A DNA stretch of 64,000 nucleotides from a virus. Lineage: Duplodnaviria; Caudoviricetes. Below are positions 8,686-19,100 of this stretch, one piece after another. The stretch's first letter is position 1. Each line of letters begins with the position of its first letter. The notes beneath the pieces were generated by a model, which was not told the origin of the DNA, ran no database searches, and was given only the letters and a program-made list of their open reading frames with translations. A program made the translations under genes and the position numbers. The stretch is taken from positions 1,712 to 65,711 of the IMG/VR virus record IMGVR_UViG_3300012000_000013. One strand, 5' to 3'.

Positions 8686-9564
8686 ATGACAACAATAGCA
8701 AATTCAGCGGGAGTTTTTGCAAGACTTGGATATAACTTTGATGATCCAAATGAAACCATACAAAATTTTTCAGACGAAACAAAAGCACAATTAAATGCAG
8801 TTCCTGCTTTGCTTACTTCTTGGGCTGGAAAAGATTTAGCAACTAGTAATGTGGGTTCTTATTATAAAAATCCTGTCGCTACAGATGTGCAAAGTATTAG
8901 CGATTCTGCAAATTTAATTGTTTCAATTGTTACTGCAGCCAATGGATTACAAGGATTAACGGGAACAATTACTACTCTATTTGCTAATATTGCAAATACT
9001 AATTTGGCTACTGTTTGCCAATCTTATAAATTACATACTGATAGGCTTTCAGGCCTAAGAAATTTTGATGATGATGTGGGTGCCAATACTTCAGCCATTT
9101 ACACCTCACCATATAAAGATCCAGCAATTGGTTATGGCAAATCAGCAATGTATCTTGTTAATCAAACAGACGGAATCGTTAACACCGCACCAATTTTAGG
9201 TAGTTTTACTAGTCTTTTTGTTGGCCCACAGATAAATGCAAACTCAAGTATAATTTCAACTTACTATAATATAATTAATAATAGTATAACAGTAACACAA
9301 GACACAAGTGGAGCTTACTCAAACACAGTCCACACCTCAAATCTTTCTTTATCGGTAGTTACAACAATTGATAGCCAGCTGGCGAACACCACTATATTTT
9401 TGGCAAACAGAGAAAATCACGATAAAAATTATTATGCCAATCTAAAAACTGTGTCGGAAGATTATCAAGAGCTTCGCAAATTACAAAATTTAGGAGAATC
9501 AGAAAGCACTCTGATTCAAGATTATATTGGAACAGACAAACTACTTTCTAGGCTGAACGCATAA
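8686..9564 (+). CDS. hypothetical virion protein
   Basis: 292-aa ORF with GGAG SD between gp5 and gp25. Confidence 0.7.
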   Translation: MTTIANSAGVFARLGYNFDDPNETIQNFSDETKAQLNAVPALLTSWAGKDLATSNVGSYYKNPVATDVQSISDSANLIVSIVTAANGLQGLTGTITTLFANIANTNLATVCQSYKLHTDRLSGLRNFDDDVGANTSAIYTSPYKDPAIGYGKSAMYLVNQTDGIVNTAPILGSFTSLFVGPQINANSSIISTYYNIINNSITVTQDTSGAYSNTVHTSNLSLSVVTTIDSQLANTTIFLANRENHDKNYYANLKTVSEDYQELRKLQNLGESESTLIQDYIGTDKLLSRLNA

Positions 9565-9571
9565 ATAAGAT

Positions 9572-9976
9572 ATGGCAACCGTAACCACAAATATCGCTCG
9601 GGAATATAGTGATTTAGACTTAAATTTCACTATTCATCCAGTCAAAAAAGACATAAACCGCCATGTTGGTGATATGGCGGTCATCAATTCTATAAAGAAT
9701 TTGGTGTTAACTAATCACTATGAGAGACCATTTCAACCAGATATTGGTAGTAATATTCGCCGACTTTTGTTTGAAAATATGGATACGATTACTGCTTCTT
9801 CCATAGAAACAGAAATAGAACAAACAATATTAAACTACGAACCTAGAGCTAGAGTTTCAAGAATTAATGCTGTTGCAGATTTTGACAGAAATGGGTTTAA
9901 TGTAGAAATGGAATTTTTTGTTATCAATAGAACCGACCCAATTACAATTAATTTTTTCTTAGAACGGATTAGATAA
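9572..9976 (+). CDS. gp25: baseplate wedge subunit
   Basis: YSDLDLNF, SIKNLVLT..YERPFQP-IGS, NYEPR, LERIR. Confidence 0.93.
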   Translation: MATVTTNIAREYSDLDLNFTIHPVKKDINRHVGDMAVINSIKNLVLTNHYERPFQPDIGSNIRRLLFENMDTITASSIETEIEQTILNYEPRARVSRINAVADFDRNGFNVEMEFFVINRTDPITINFFLERIR

Positions 9977-9980
9977 GAAA

Positions 9981-12035
9981 ATGGCCAACGCTCGTTTACA
10001 AATTTCTGACCTTGATTTTGACCAAATCAAGACAAACCTAAAAGCATATTTAAAACAACAATCTCAATTTCAAGACTATGATTTTGATGGTGCTGGATTA
10101 AATATTCTTTTAGATATTCTTGCTTATAATACCCACTACAATTCATACTACTTGAACATGGTGGCCAACGAAGCATTTTTAGATACTGCTTTACTAAGAG
10201 ATTCGGTTGTTTCTCACGCCAAAACTTTAGGTTATATTCCTTTTTCTGTTACTGCACCACGAGCAATCGTTAATGTAACTGTGAATAGTGGAACAACAAC
10301 ACCTGAAACATTGACTATTCCAAAAGGGTTTACATTTAGTTCAAATTTAATTGATAGTCTTTCTTATAATTTTGTTGTATTAGAAGAAACCACAGTAACA
10401 AAATCCAACACTTCTTTTTTCTTTGAAAATTTGGACATTTATGAAGGTTCATTGGTAAGTTATGTTTTCAATTATACTGAAAACTCTAATCCAAAATCTG
10501 TATTTGTATTACCTGATAACAATATTGATACAACAACAATTTCTGTATCCGTATCACCAAATGTGGGAAATACATCAACACAAGTTTATAATCAAGTAAC
10601 AGATATTCTTGATATTACTTCAACATCTAATGTTTATTTTTTACAAGAAAGTAAAAATGGAAACTACGAAATTTATTTTGGTGATGGAGTGGTTGGCAAA
10701 GCACTTAATGATGGTGCAGTTGTTACAGTAACATATTTGGTTACCAATGGTGTTGCTGCCAATCAAACGAATGGTTTTGTTGCCGCTTCTTCAATTGGCG
10801 CTTATTCTGATATCGTTGTTGATGTTGTTGATGTAGCATCTGGTGGTTCAACTCGTGAAACAGTCGATTCAATTAAATACTCAGCTGCAGCTCAATATGC
10901 AACACAAAACAGATTGGTTACAGTTAAAGATTATGAATCGTATATTAAGAGTAAATACCCAAGCGTAGATTCTTTATCCGTTTGGGGTGGCGAAACTGAA
11001 ACACCAAAAGTTTTTGGTAAAGTTTATATTGCACTAAAACCAAAAGCTAATTATTTTATTTCTGAAACTGAAAAACAAAGAATTATTGATGATATTATTA
11101 ACCCAAAAGCAATTGTATCAGTAAGTGCAGAAATTCGTGATGCACAATTTTTATATTTAATTGTTGAAAACCGAGTTCAATATGACCCAAAGAAAACATC
11201 TTCAGATGAAGGCACAATTAGAACAAATATTCGTCAAGCTATTTTAGATTACCGTGATACCAATTTAAACAAGTTTGCTGGCACATTCATTCTTTCAAAA
11301 TTACAAGACGCTATTGATGCTACCAATGGTGATTCTATTATTGGTTCTGAAACTGTTGTTCGTGTTCAACGCCGGTTTCAACCTCAATTGAATGAGTCTG
11401 TAAGTTATACAATTAAATATAATGTTCCTATTCATCGTGGAACACTAACAAATAAATTAACATCAACACTATTTACAGTATTTGATATTACTGGAACAGT
11501 AAGAACGGCTCAATTTGATGAAGCTCCACAATCTTTTACTGGTATATCTTCAATTCAAATTACCAATCCAGGCACAGGATATACAACCACACCAACAGTT
11601 ACAATTACTGGCGATGGCACAAATGCAACAGCTGAAGCAGTAATTGTAAATGGTAAAATTCAAAGTATTAATATTACCAATCGTGGTGTTGATTATACTC
11701 GTGCCACAGTTTCAATTACTGGCGGTAACGGATATGGTGCAGAAGCACTTGCTGTTATTGATGGTAAAACAGGTACACTTAGAACAATTTATTATGATAG
11801 TTTAGCACAAAGACAGATTATTAATTCTAATGCAGGAACTATTGATTATGACAATGGAATTGTAACCATTAATAACATTCGGTTTTTAAGTATTGATTCT
11901 GTTGATGGATTAATTCGTGTAACAATTGAATCTGAAAAAGGAATTATTGAATCAACAAGGGACACAATTCTTACCATTGATGAAGATGATCCTATAGCAA
12001 TTTCAACAATATTAGAAAAGAAATATAGTTCATAA
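9981..12035 (+). CDS. gp6: baseplate wedge subunit
   Basis: LDFDQIK-NL..YL, DYDFDG, LAYNTHY, VVSHAK-LGY-P, YFGDG, QNRLVTVKDY. Confidence 0.93.
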   Translation: MANARLQISDLDFDQIKTNLKAYLKQQSQFQDYDFDGAGLNILLDILAYNTHYNSYYLNMVANEAFLDTALLRDSVVSHAKTLGYIPFSVTAPRAIVNVTVNSGTTTPETLTIPKGFTFSSNLIDSLSYNFVVLEETTVTKSNTSFFFENLDIYEGSLVSYVFNYTENSNPKSVFVLPDNNIDTTTISVSVSPNVGNTSTQVYNQVTDILDITSTSNVYFLQESKNGNYEIYFGDGVVGKALNDGAVVTVTYLVTNGVAANQTNGFVAASSIGAYSDIVVDVVDVASGGSTRETVDSIKYSAAAQYATQNRLVTVKDYESYIKSKYPSVDSLSVWGGETETPKVFGKVYIALKPKANYFISETEKQRIIDDIINPKAIVSVSAEIRDAQFLYLIVENRVQYDPKKTSSDEGTIRTNIRQAILDYRDTNLNKFAGTFILSKLQDAIDATNGDSIIGSETVVRVQRRFQPQLNESVSYTIKYNVPIHRGTLTNKLTSTLFTVFDITGTVRTAQFDEAPQSFTGISSIQITNPGTGYTTTPTVTITGDGTNATAEAVIVNGKIQSINITNRGVDYTRATVSITGGNGYGAEALAVIDGKTGTLRTIYYDSLAQRQIINSNAGTIDYDNGIVTINNIRFLSIDSVDGLIRVTIESEKGIIESTRDTILTIDEDDPIAISTILEKKYSS

Positions 12036-14542
12036 TGGCTGACCAAAAAACATCGTTACTGATTAATCGTCAGGTACCGGAGTTTGTTCGTGAAGAACAT
12101 CCTAATTTTATTGCTTTTTTGGAAGCATATTATGAGTTCTTAGAAAACAAACAAGGCACAAAAAAGAATGACTTAATAACTAAGTCAAAAGACCTTCGTT
12201 ACATATCCGATGTTGATTATTCTATTGCAGAATTTGAAAATAACTTTTTCAATACCTATGCTAGTTTAATTCCTCGTAATGTTGAGGTAGACAAAGGCAC
12301 TCTAATCAAACAAATATTGCCTTTGTATTTGGCTAAAGGTAATCAGAAATCTTTTCAACTTTTATTCCGTCTTTTATTTAATGAAGAAGTAGAAGTTATT
12401 CAACCAAATTTAAATGTTTTGCGTGCTTCTGATGGCAAATGGTTGATTGAAAATGCATTCCGTATCTCACAAAATGTTTACAGTAATTATACTGGTAACG
12501 GAACAAAAACAACATTTAAATTGGCTCAAGTTGCTGCGGCAGAAACAATTGCCGTGTATGTGAATGGAGTTTTGAAAACCGAAGCCACAGATTATTATGT
12601 TCGCAAAGAATCCAGAAAATTAATATTCAACTCTGCTCCGGCAAATAATTCTGAAATAAAAGTTTTATATAATGATTTTAATTTTGAAATTTTAACAAAC
12701 CGTAAGTTGACCGGGTCAGATTCTTCTGCTACAGCTTTAGTAGAAAGGGTTTCACAAAAAACAGTTAATACTGTTCCTATTTTTGAACTTTATGTAAACA
12801 AAAAAACTCTCCTTGGAGAATTTACAACAGGCGAAAATGCAACATTAGATATTATAGATCCAGATGATGGTTCGTTAATTGAGATAGAAGTTTTAGGGTT
12901 AGCTTCACTTAGAACAATTAACATTATTAATGGTGGTGCAAGTTATAATGTTGGAGATCCAGTAACAATTACTGGAGGCAACCCTACAAATCCAGCAACT
13001 GCCGTTATTTCAGAAGTATTCTCTGGTTTTATTAATAAAATTCAAGCTTTAGCTGGCGGTGCCGGATTTAAAGTTGGTTCAAATGTTTATGTGGTTGGAA
13101 CGGGCGCAGCTTCATTAACTCTTGCTATTGATGGTGTTGATGTTTCTGGTCAAAACACAGCAAATGTTTTTGTTGTTAATACTGATAGAATTGCTGATTA
13201 TGGAAGTATTGCAATTAATGCTGCCAATTATGGATTTAATGCTTCAATTGTTACTGAAAATGTTAATTCAAAAATTATTGATGCTTTAAGTTTTCAGAAT
13301 GTTACAAGTATTGGTGCAATTACCAATGTGGCAATTTTATTTGCCAATGCCGCATTTGCTTCTATTCCAACATTAGATGCTGATTCTGCACCGTTTCAAG
13401 CAAACGGCACAACGCATCAAGTTTTAAGCACATATTCACTAGGTAGAATTGAAATTAATAATGGCGGCAGTGGATATGCCATTGGAGATGAATTATTATT
13501 CACACAAAAATCTATGACTTTTGGTATTGGTGGAGCTGCAGCCGTAACCAATGTGTCACCAACAGGTGCAATTACTAAAGTAGAATTACAACCATCAAGA
13601 ATTCGTGGTACCGCAAATACTTTTGGCAATTCAAATGTAACAGTTATTGGAACTAATACTGTATTTCAAGATGATTTACGAGTTGGTGACCGAATTATGG
13701 TTAACAATGAACCTCGTTATATTAATTCCATTTCATCCAACACCTCATTGAATGTTAATGTTAATTTTAATTATGCTACAACTAACAAAACAATTGGTAA
13801 ATTTGGTGATTATCCAATAGGCGGTCAAAATTATGATGCTAGAAAATTACCAACAATAACCATTTCATCAACAGCCGGTTCTAATGCTAATTTGACTGTA
13901 TCGGCTCTAATGGGAGATGGTGAGAATTTGTTAGCACAATCTGACCAGAACCCTGGTGCTATATTAAAAATAAGAATTACTGATGCTGGTCAAGGATATG
14001 AATTTGCACCACAGATTAGTTTGACAGCATATGGTGATGGAACAGCTACAGCAAATACAGAAATTGAACCAAGTTATGTTACTTTCCCTGGTCGTTGGAC
14101 AACATCTGATTCTTTACTGTCGAGTTCAGAAAGAGTAATTCAAGGTCGTGAATACTATGTTGATTATTCATATTTACTCTCATCTTCGGTAGAATTTAGT
14201 AAATTTAAAGATGTGTTCAAAGATTTAATTCACCCAGCTGGATTCATTGATTATGCAGAATATAAGATTAATGAAACAATTAATACCACTATTGACAAAA
14301 CGGCTTTAAATGTGGCAAATACTATTGCTGGAACAGTCAATGTAAATAGTAGCATCTATATAACTGGCACAAACACGAAATTTAATATTTCTAATAGTTT
14401 AGGTGTGTTAACAATAGGTTCTCAAATTGCTGTTAATTCACAAATTAGATATGTTAATGCTATTTACAGTAACACGGTAGCAACAGTAAATTCTGCATTT
14501 ACGATAACTTCAAACGGCGAAACCCTTGTAATTGTTACATAA
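12035..14542 (+). CDS. gp7: baseplate wedge initiator gp7-like with inserted beta-domains
   Basis: QVPEFVREEHPNF..FLEAYYEFLE, KG...SF..LFRLLF, YYVDYSY, LIHPAG; between gp6 and gp8. Confidence 0.75.
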   Translation: MADQKTSLLINRQVPEFVREEHPNFIAFLEAYYEFLENKQGTKKNDLITKSKDLRYISDVDYSIAEFENNFFNTYASLIPRNVEVDKGTLIKQILPLYLAKGNQKSFQLLFRLLFNEEVEVIQPNLNVLRASDGKWLIENAFRISQNVYSNYTGNGTKTTFKLAQVAAAETIAVYVNGVLKTEATDYYVRKESRKLIFNSAPANNSEIKVLYNDFNFEILTNRKLTGSDSSATALVERVSQKTVNTVPIFELYVNKKTLLGEFTTGENATLDIIDPDDGSLIEIEVLGLASLRTINIINGGASYNVGDPVTITGGNPTNPATAVISEVFSGFINKIQALAGGAGFKVGSNVYVVGTGAASLTLAIDGVDVSGQNTANVFVVNTDRIADYGSIAINAANYGFNASIVTENVNSKIIDALSFQNVTSIGAITNVAILFANAAFASIPTLDADSAPFQANGTTHQVLSTYSLGRIEINNGGSGYAIGDELLFTQKSMTFGIGGAAAVTNVSPTGAITKVELQPSRIRGTANTFGNSNVTVIGTNTVFQDDLRVGDRIMVNNEPRYINSISSNTSLNVNVNFNYATTNKTIGKFGDYPIGGQNYDARKLPTITISSTAGSNANLTVSALMGDGENLLAQSDQNPGAILKIRITDAGQGYEFAPQISLTAYGDGTATANTEIEPSYVTFPGRWTTSDSLLSSSERVIQGREYYVDYSYLLSSSVEFSKFKDVFKDLIHPAGFIDYAEYKINETINTTIDKTALNVANTIAGTVNVNSSIYITGTNTKFNISNSLGVLTIGSQIAVNSQIRYVNAIYSNTVATVNSAFTITSNGETLVIVT

Positions 14543-14557
14543 ATAGAATATTAAACC

Positions 14558-16129
14558 ATGGCAACTTTTTACACTTCCAAAAAACTCTCGTTTAATAACG
14601 CAGAACAATTCAAAGAATCGTTCTATGAACCGGAACCAGCTACAGTTGGTTATGTGTTCATTGGAAATCATGTTCCGTATGCAAACGAATCTTCTCCAAA
14701 CTCCATAGTTGATTCCTCTTTTGATGAAAAATCTGTATGGGACAATATGTATGCGGCCAAACGCATTACTGGAAACGATGTAGAATTAGTTATTCCTCGT
14801 GTTAATTGGACAACAGGAAAAAGATACAAACAGTTTGATGACAAAATATCAATTGACACATTATTGACAGCCGATTCTGGTGCTGGTGGCAATAGTCAAC
14901 CAATGTATATTTTGACTACCGCCAGAAATGTATATAAGTGTTTATCTAACAACGCAAACTCTATTTCCACAGTAGAACCTACTGGAGATTATTCTACGGC
15001 TAATGGAACAATCTTTACAGCCGATGGTTTTATTTGGAAATATATGTATAATGTCAAACCTTCTAATCGGTTTTTGACAACAGATTGGATTCCAGCTCCA
15101 ATTTCTACCTCAAAGTTGGACTATAATGTAAGCTCAACAAACTTAATTGATGGCGAATTAACGACAATTATAGTTACTGGCGGAGGCAAGGGATATGCTG
15201 AACCTTCAATTACCGCAACGGCGTTTGTATCAGGAGTAACTACAATTGCTCTTGCAAATACTACAAATGTGGTTGCAAATATGGCAGTAACCGGAACAGG
15301 CATTGCTTCTGGAACAACTGTAACGACCGTAAATCCAAACACAAGTTCAATCATTATTTCAACTGCCACAACTGCAAACGGTGGCGGAACAACAGCCAAT
15401 AACCTTACATTTAAAACAAGAGTTTATATTGATGGTGATGGAACAGGAGCAGTAGCTACTGCCAATATTACAAATAGTGCCATATCAAAAATTACACTAG
15501 ATATTCCTGGAACTGGATATTCGTATGCCAATGCAACAATTTATGGCTCAGCAACCGCTGGTGCAAACACGGCAAATGCTCGAGTGGTTATTACTCCTAA
15601 ATTTGGCCACGGTTTCAATCCTGCAAAAGAGTTAGATGCAACAAATGTTATGGTTGTAGAGAGGATTGGAGCAGTTGACGCCACAGAAAATGGTTTAATT
15701 TCAACATCCACCTCGTTTAGACAGTATGGACTTCTGAGAGATCCATATAAATATGGCAATACTTCACCTGTGATTAGTTCAAATGCAAATACAGTTATTT
15801 CGCAAACCACAAATATAACTTTAATTGCTGGTACAAACTTTGAGTTAAACGAGTTTGTTTATCAGGGAGCTTCTTCTAATAGTGCCTATTTTTATGGGTT
15901 TGTAAATGCTCAATCAGCAAATGAAGTTAGATTGACCAAAGTGAAAGGAACAGTATCAGTTGGTGGCACATTAATTGGTGCAAATTCTGGTATAAACAGG
16001 ACTGTTGTAAAATTGACCAATCCTGAATTTCAACCATATACCGGTGATATATTGTATGCTGAAAATATTCAAAAAGTTACACGAGCAGATGGACAAGCTG
16101 AAAATGTTAAGTTTGTTATTAGATTCTAA
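14558..16129 (+). CDS. gp8: baseplate wedge subunit
   Basis: IPRVNWT, VYKCLSN, DGFIWKYMY, GHG-NP..EL, FRQYGLL-DP, ENVKFVIRF. Confidence 0.88.
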   Translation: MATFYTSKKLSFNNAEQFKESFYEPEPATVGYVFIGNHVPYANESSPNSIVDSSFDEKSVWDNMYAAKRITGNDVELVIPRVNWTTGKRYKQFDDKISIDTLLTADSGAGGNSQPMYILTTARNVYKCLSNNANSISTVEPTGDYSTANGTIFTADGFIWKYMYNVKPSNRFLTTDWIPAPISTSKLDYNVSSTNLIDGELTTIIVTGGGKGYAEPSITATAFVSGVTTIALANTTNVVANMAVTGTGIASGTTVTTVNPNTSSIIISTATTANGGGTTANNLTFKTRVYIDGDGTGAVATANITNSAISKITLDIPGTGYSYANATIYGSATAGANTANARVVITPKFGHGFNPAKELDATNVMVVERIGAVDATENGLISTSTSFRQYGLLRDPYKYGNTSPVISSNANTVISQTTNITLIAGTNFELNEFVYQGASSNSAYFYGFVNAQSANEVRLTKVKGTVSVGGTLIGANSGINRTVVKLTNPEFQPYTGDILYAENIQKVTRADGQAENVKFVIRF

Positions 16130-16141
16130 GGAAAATAGTTA

Positions 16142-19100
16142 ATGTCGTTAGATACCAATTTTAATGTCAATCCATATTATGATGATTTTAACGAAGATAA
16201 GAAATTTCTTCGGATATTGTTTAAGCCTGGTTTTGCTGTTCAAGCTCGTGAATTAACACAATCTCAAACTCTTTTACAAAAACAAGTTGAGCGTTTTGGC
16301 GAACACGTTTTCAAAAACGGTTCTGTCGTTTCTGGTGGTCAACTGTTCATCCATGATTCCACATATTTAAATGTGGCCACAGATTATGCTGGTACAGCGG
16401 TTAATATTAACAATTTTAACGGCAAAACAATTACCAACTTGGCAGGAACAAAAACTGGTCAAGTTGTGGTTGTTTATGATGCTGATGCTGGTACTGGTGA
16501 TCCAAAAACAATCTATGTAAAACAAATTTCAGGAACAGCTTTTGCTGTTGGTGATACAATTACCACAGTTGAAGCTGCTCCAGTTTTTGCTAATGTTTCA
16601 ACAGGTGGTGTTGGAACTGGCAAAACATTTTCTGTAAGTGATGGTGTTTATTTTTATGATGGTTTTTTCATTAAAAACAGTTCTCAAACAATAGCACTCA
16701 GTAAATATAATACATCTGCCAATGCAAGAATTGGTTTTCAAATTACAGAATCTATTGTTGAATATACACAAGATACTTCGTTGCTGGATCCAGCACAAGA
16801 TGCTTCCAACTTTCAAGCTCCAGGTGCCGACCGATTTAAGATTGAACTAATTCTTTCTAGCAGAACGCTTGATTCTACCGATGACACGCAATTTATTGAG
16901 TTAGCTAGAACTGTAAATGGAACTCTATCTTACGCATTAATTTATCCACAATATGCTGTGCTTGAAGATACTTTAGCACGCAGAACATATGATGAATCTG
17001 GTAACTATACTGTTCGACCATTCAAACTTGCATTAGAAACAAGTGCAGCTAATACTGCAAAGGCTAATGTCATTCTATCGCCAGGTAAAGCATATGTTTA
17101 TGGTTACGAATTTGAAACCATTGCACCAACAACAATTACATTTGATAAACCAAGAACAACCGATTCAGTAAATAATAAACGACTGACTGCTGACTATGGT
17201 TATTATGTGTATTCAAATACGCATTTTGGTTCTTTACCAATTAACAGTTTACAAACAGTAGATTTACATTGTGTATCAAATAGCACAATCAATGTGGCAA
17301 CTGCTGGCACAATTACTAACACTAAGATTGGTACAGCTCGTGTTAAATCTATTGCATTTGATTCTGCATCCAATACACAAAATTCTTCAACATATACCTA
17401 TCGCACATATTTGTTTGATGTGAATGTTGGTTCTATTACAGGTGGTAATGTAGTTGTTTTAGGAACAAATACAGGTTATGTTCAGATTGCAAATAGTATA
17501 ACTGGTTCACAATTATATTCTACTGCTAATACCGCTTATGTTGGTGCCAAGTTTAGAGTTATTGCTGGTCCTGGTGTTGGTGAAACACCAAAAACAATTA
17601 CCAATTACAATGGTGCAACTCAGACAATTCAACTTTCTGAGCCTTTCATTACTACACCAAATTCATTATCTAATTGGTCTATTGACTTTGAAGTTAATGA
17701 TGTTAAGTCATTATCAATAGTTAGCGGTACAACTCGTCTTGCCGCAGCTGATATTGATACTTCATCTAAAGATCCAGCTTCAACGTATAACGACACATTT
17801 ATTTCAGATAGCAACCTTGAGCCATTATTGTTTAATCTTGGCCAAAACTATATTGCACAAAATACAATTGCTGATTTTTCATACTCGTATAAGCGTCTGT
17901 ATGCATCTCAGTCATTCTCATCTTCAGATTCTCCAGCATTAACTGTTGGTACTGGTGAAACAATTTCTGCTGCTACAAGTTCTTCTGCTAAGGCTGAGAA
18001 TTATCAAATTGTTGTAACAACTGCCGGCACATCACCATATACTGTTGGCCAAATTATTCCTGCTAACTTATATACTGTTGATACAGGTACTCGTAAGATT
18101 ACTGTTACCAATGGTAACAATATGGTTGCAAATATTACTGCAACAATTGATGCAAGTAATCCTGGTTCAAAAGGCAAAACATATGTTGGTGCCAATGCTA
18201 CTGTGCAAACATCTGGCGGCACAAGTATTTTTGCAAATAATGGAGTAATTCTTTATACTGCAAATGGTCAAGTTCATATTATGGCCAACACAGTTTATAA
18301 AACTCCAGGTACAGTTCAATCGTTATTTGTTCCTGATGTAATTGAATTAGTTTCTGTTTTAGACTTTAACAATAATCAAATTACTGTTGCTAACTCAGCA
18401 ACTGCAACTGATGTTACATCACGATACACATTAGATACTGGTCAAAGAGATTCATTGTATGACCATTCATCAATTAGATTAAGGGCTGGTTCAGCTACAC
18501 CTACTGGTCCGTTAGTTGTTAAATTTAATCGTTTCAATTCATCTGGTGCTGGATTCTTTACCGTAGATTCTTATGTTGGATACAATTACGGAAGTATTCC
18601 TTCTTACACAACTCAGGCAACCGGGCAAATTTATCAATTAAGAGATTGCCTTGATTACAGACCTGTTAGGTCGATACCCACATCAGCAGCGACAGCAAAC
18701 ACCGTCAGCTTTGATGTTGATTCAACCACGACTGGTCCTAAGATTCCAGAGAATGGTTCCGACATACTTTTAGACTATCAATATTATCTACCAAGAACGG
18801 ACAAGGTAATATTGAATAAGAATCGTACCTTTGAAGTTCTCCAAGGCAACCCATCGTTAACTCCTGTTCAGCCAAACGATAAAGATGGTGCGATGACAAT
18901 GTATATTCTTCGTGAGCCTGCCTATGTTGCCAACACATCTGATATTGATGTTGAATATGTTGATAACAAACGCTATACAATGCGTGATATTGGTAACCTT
19001 GACAAACGGATTGGCAACTTAGAATACTATACTTCGCTTTCTTTGCTTGAACAAAATGCATTGAACAAACAAGATTTGACTATTTTGGATTCTACAAACT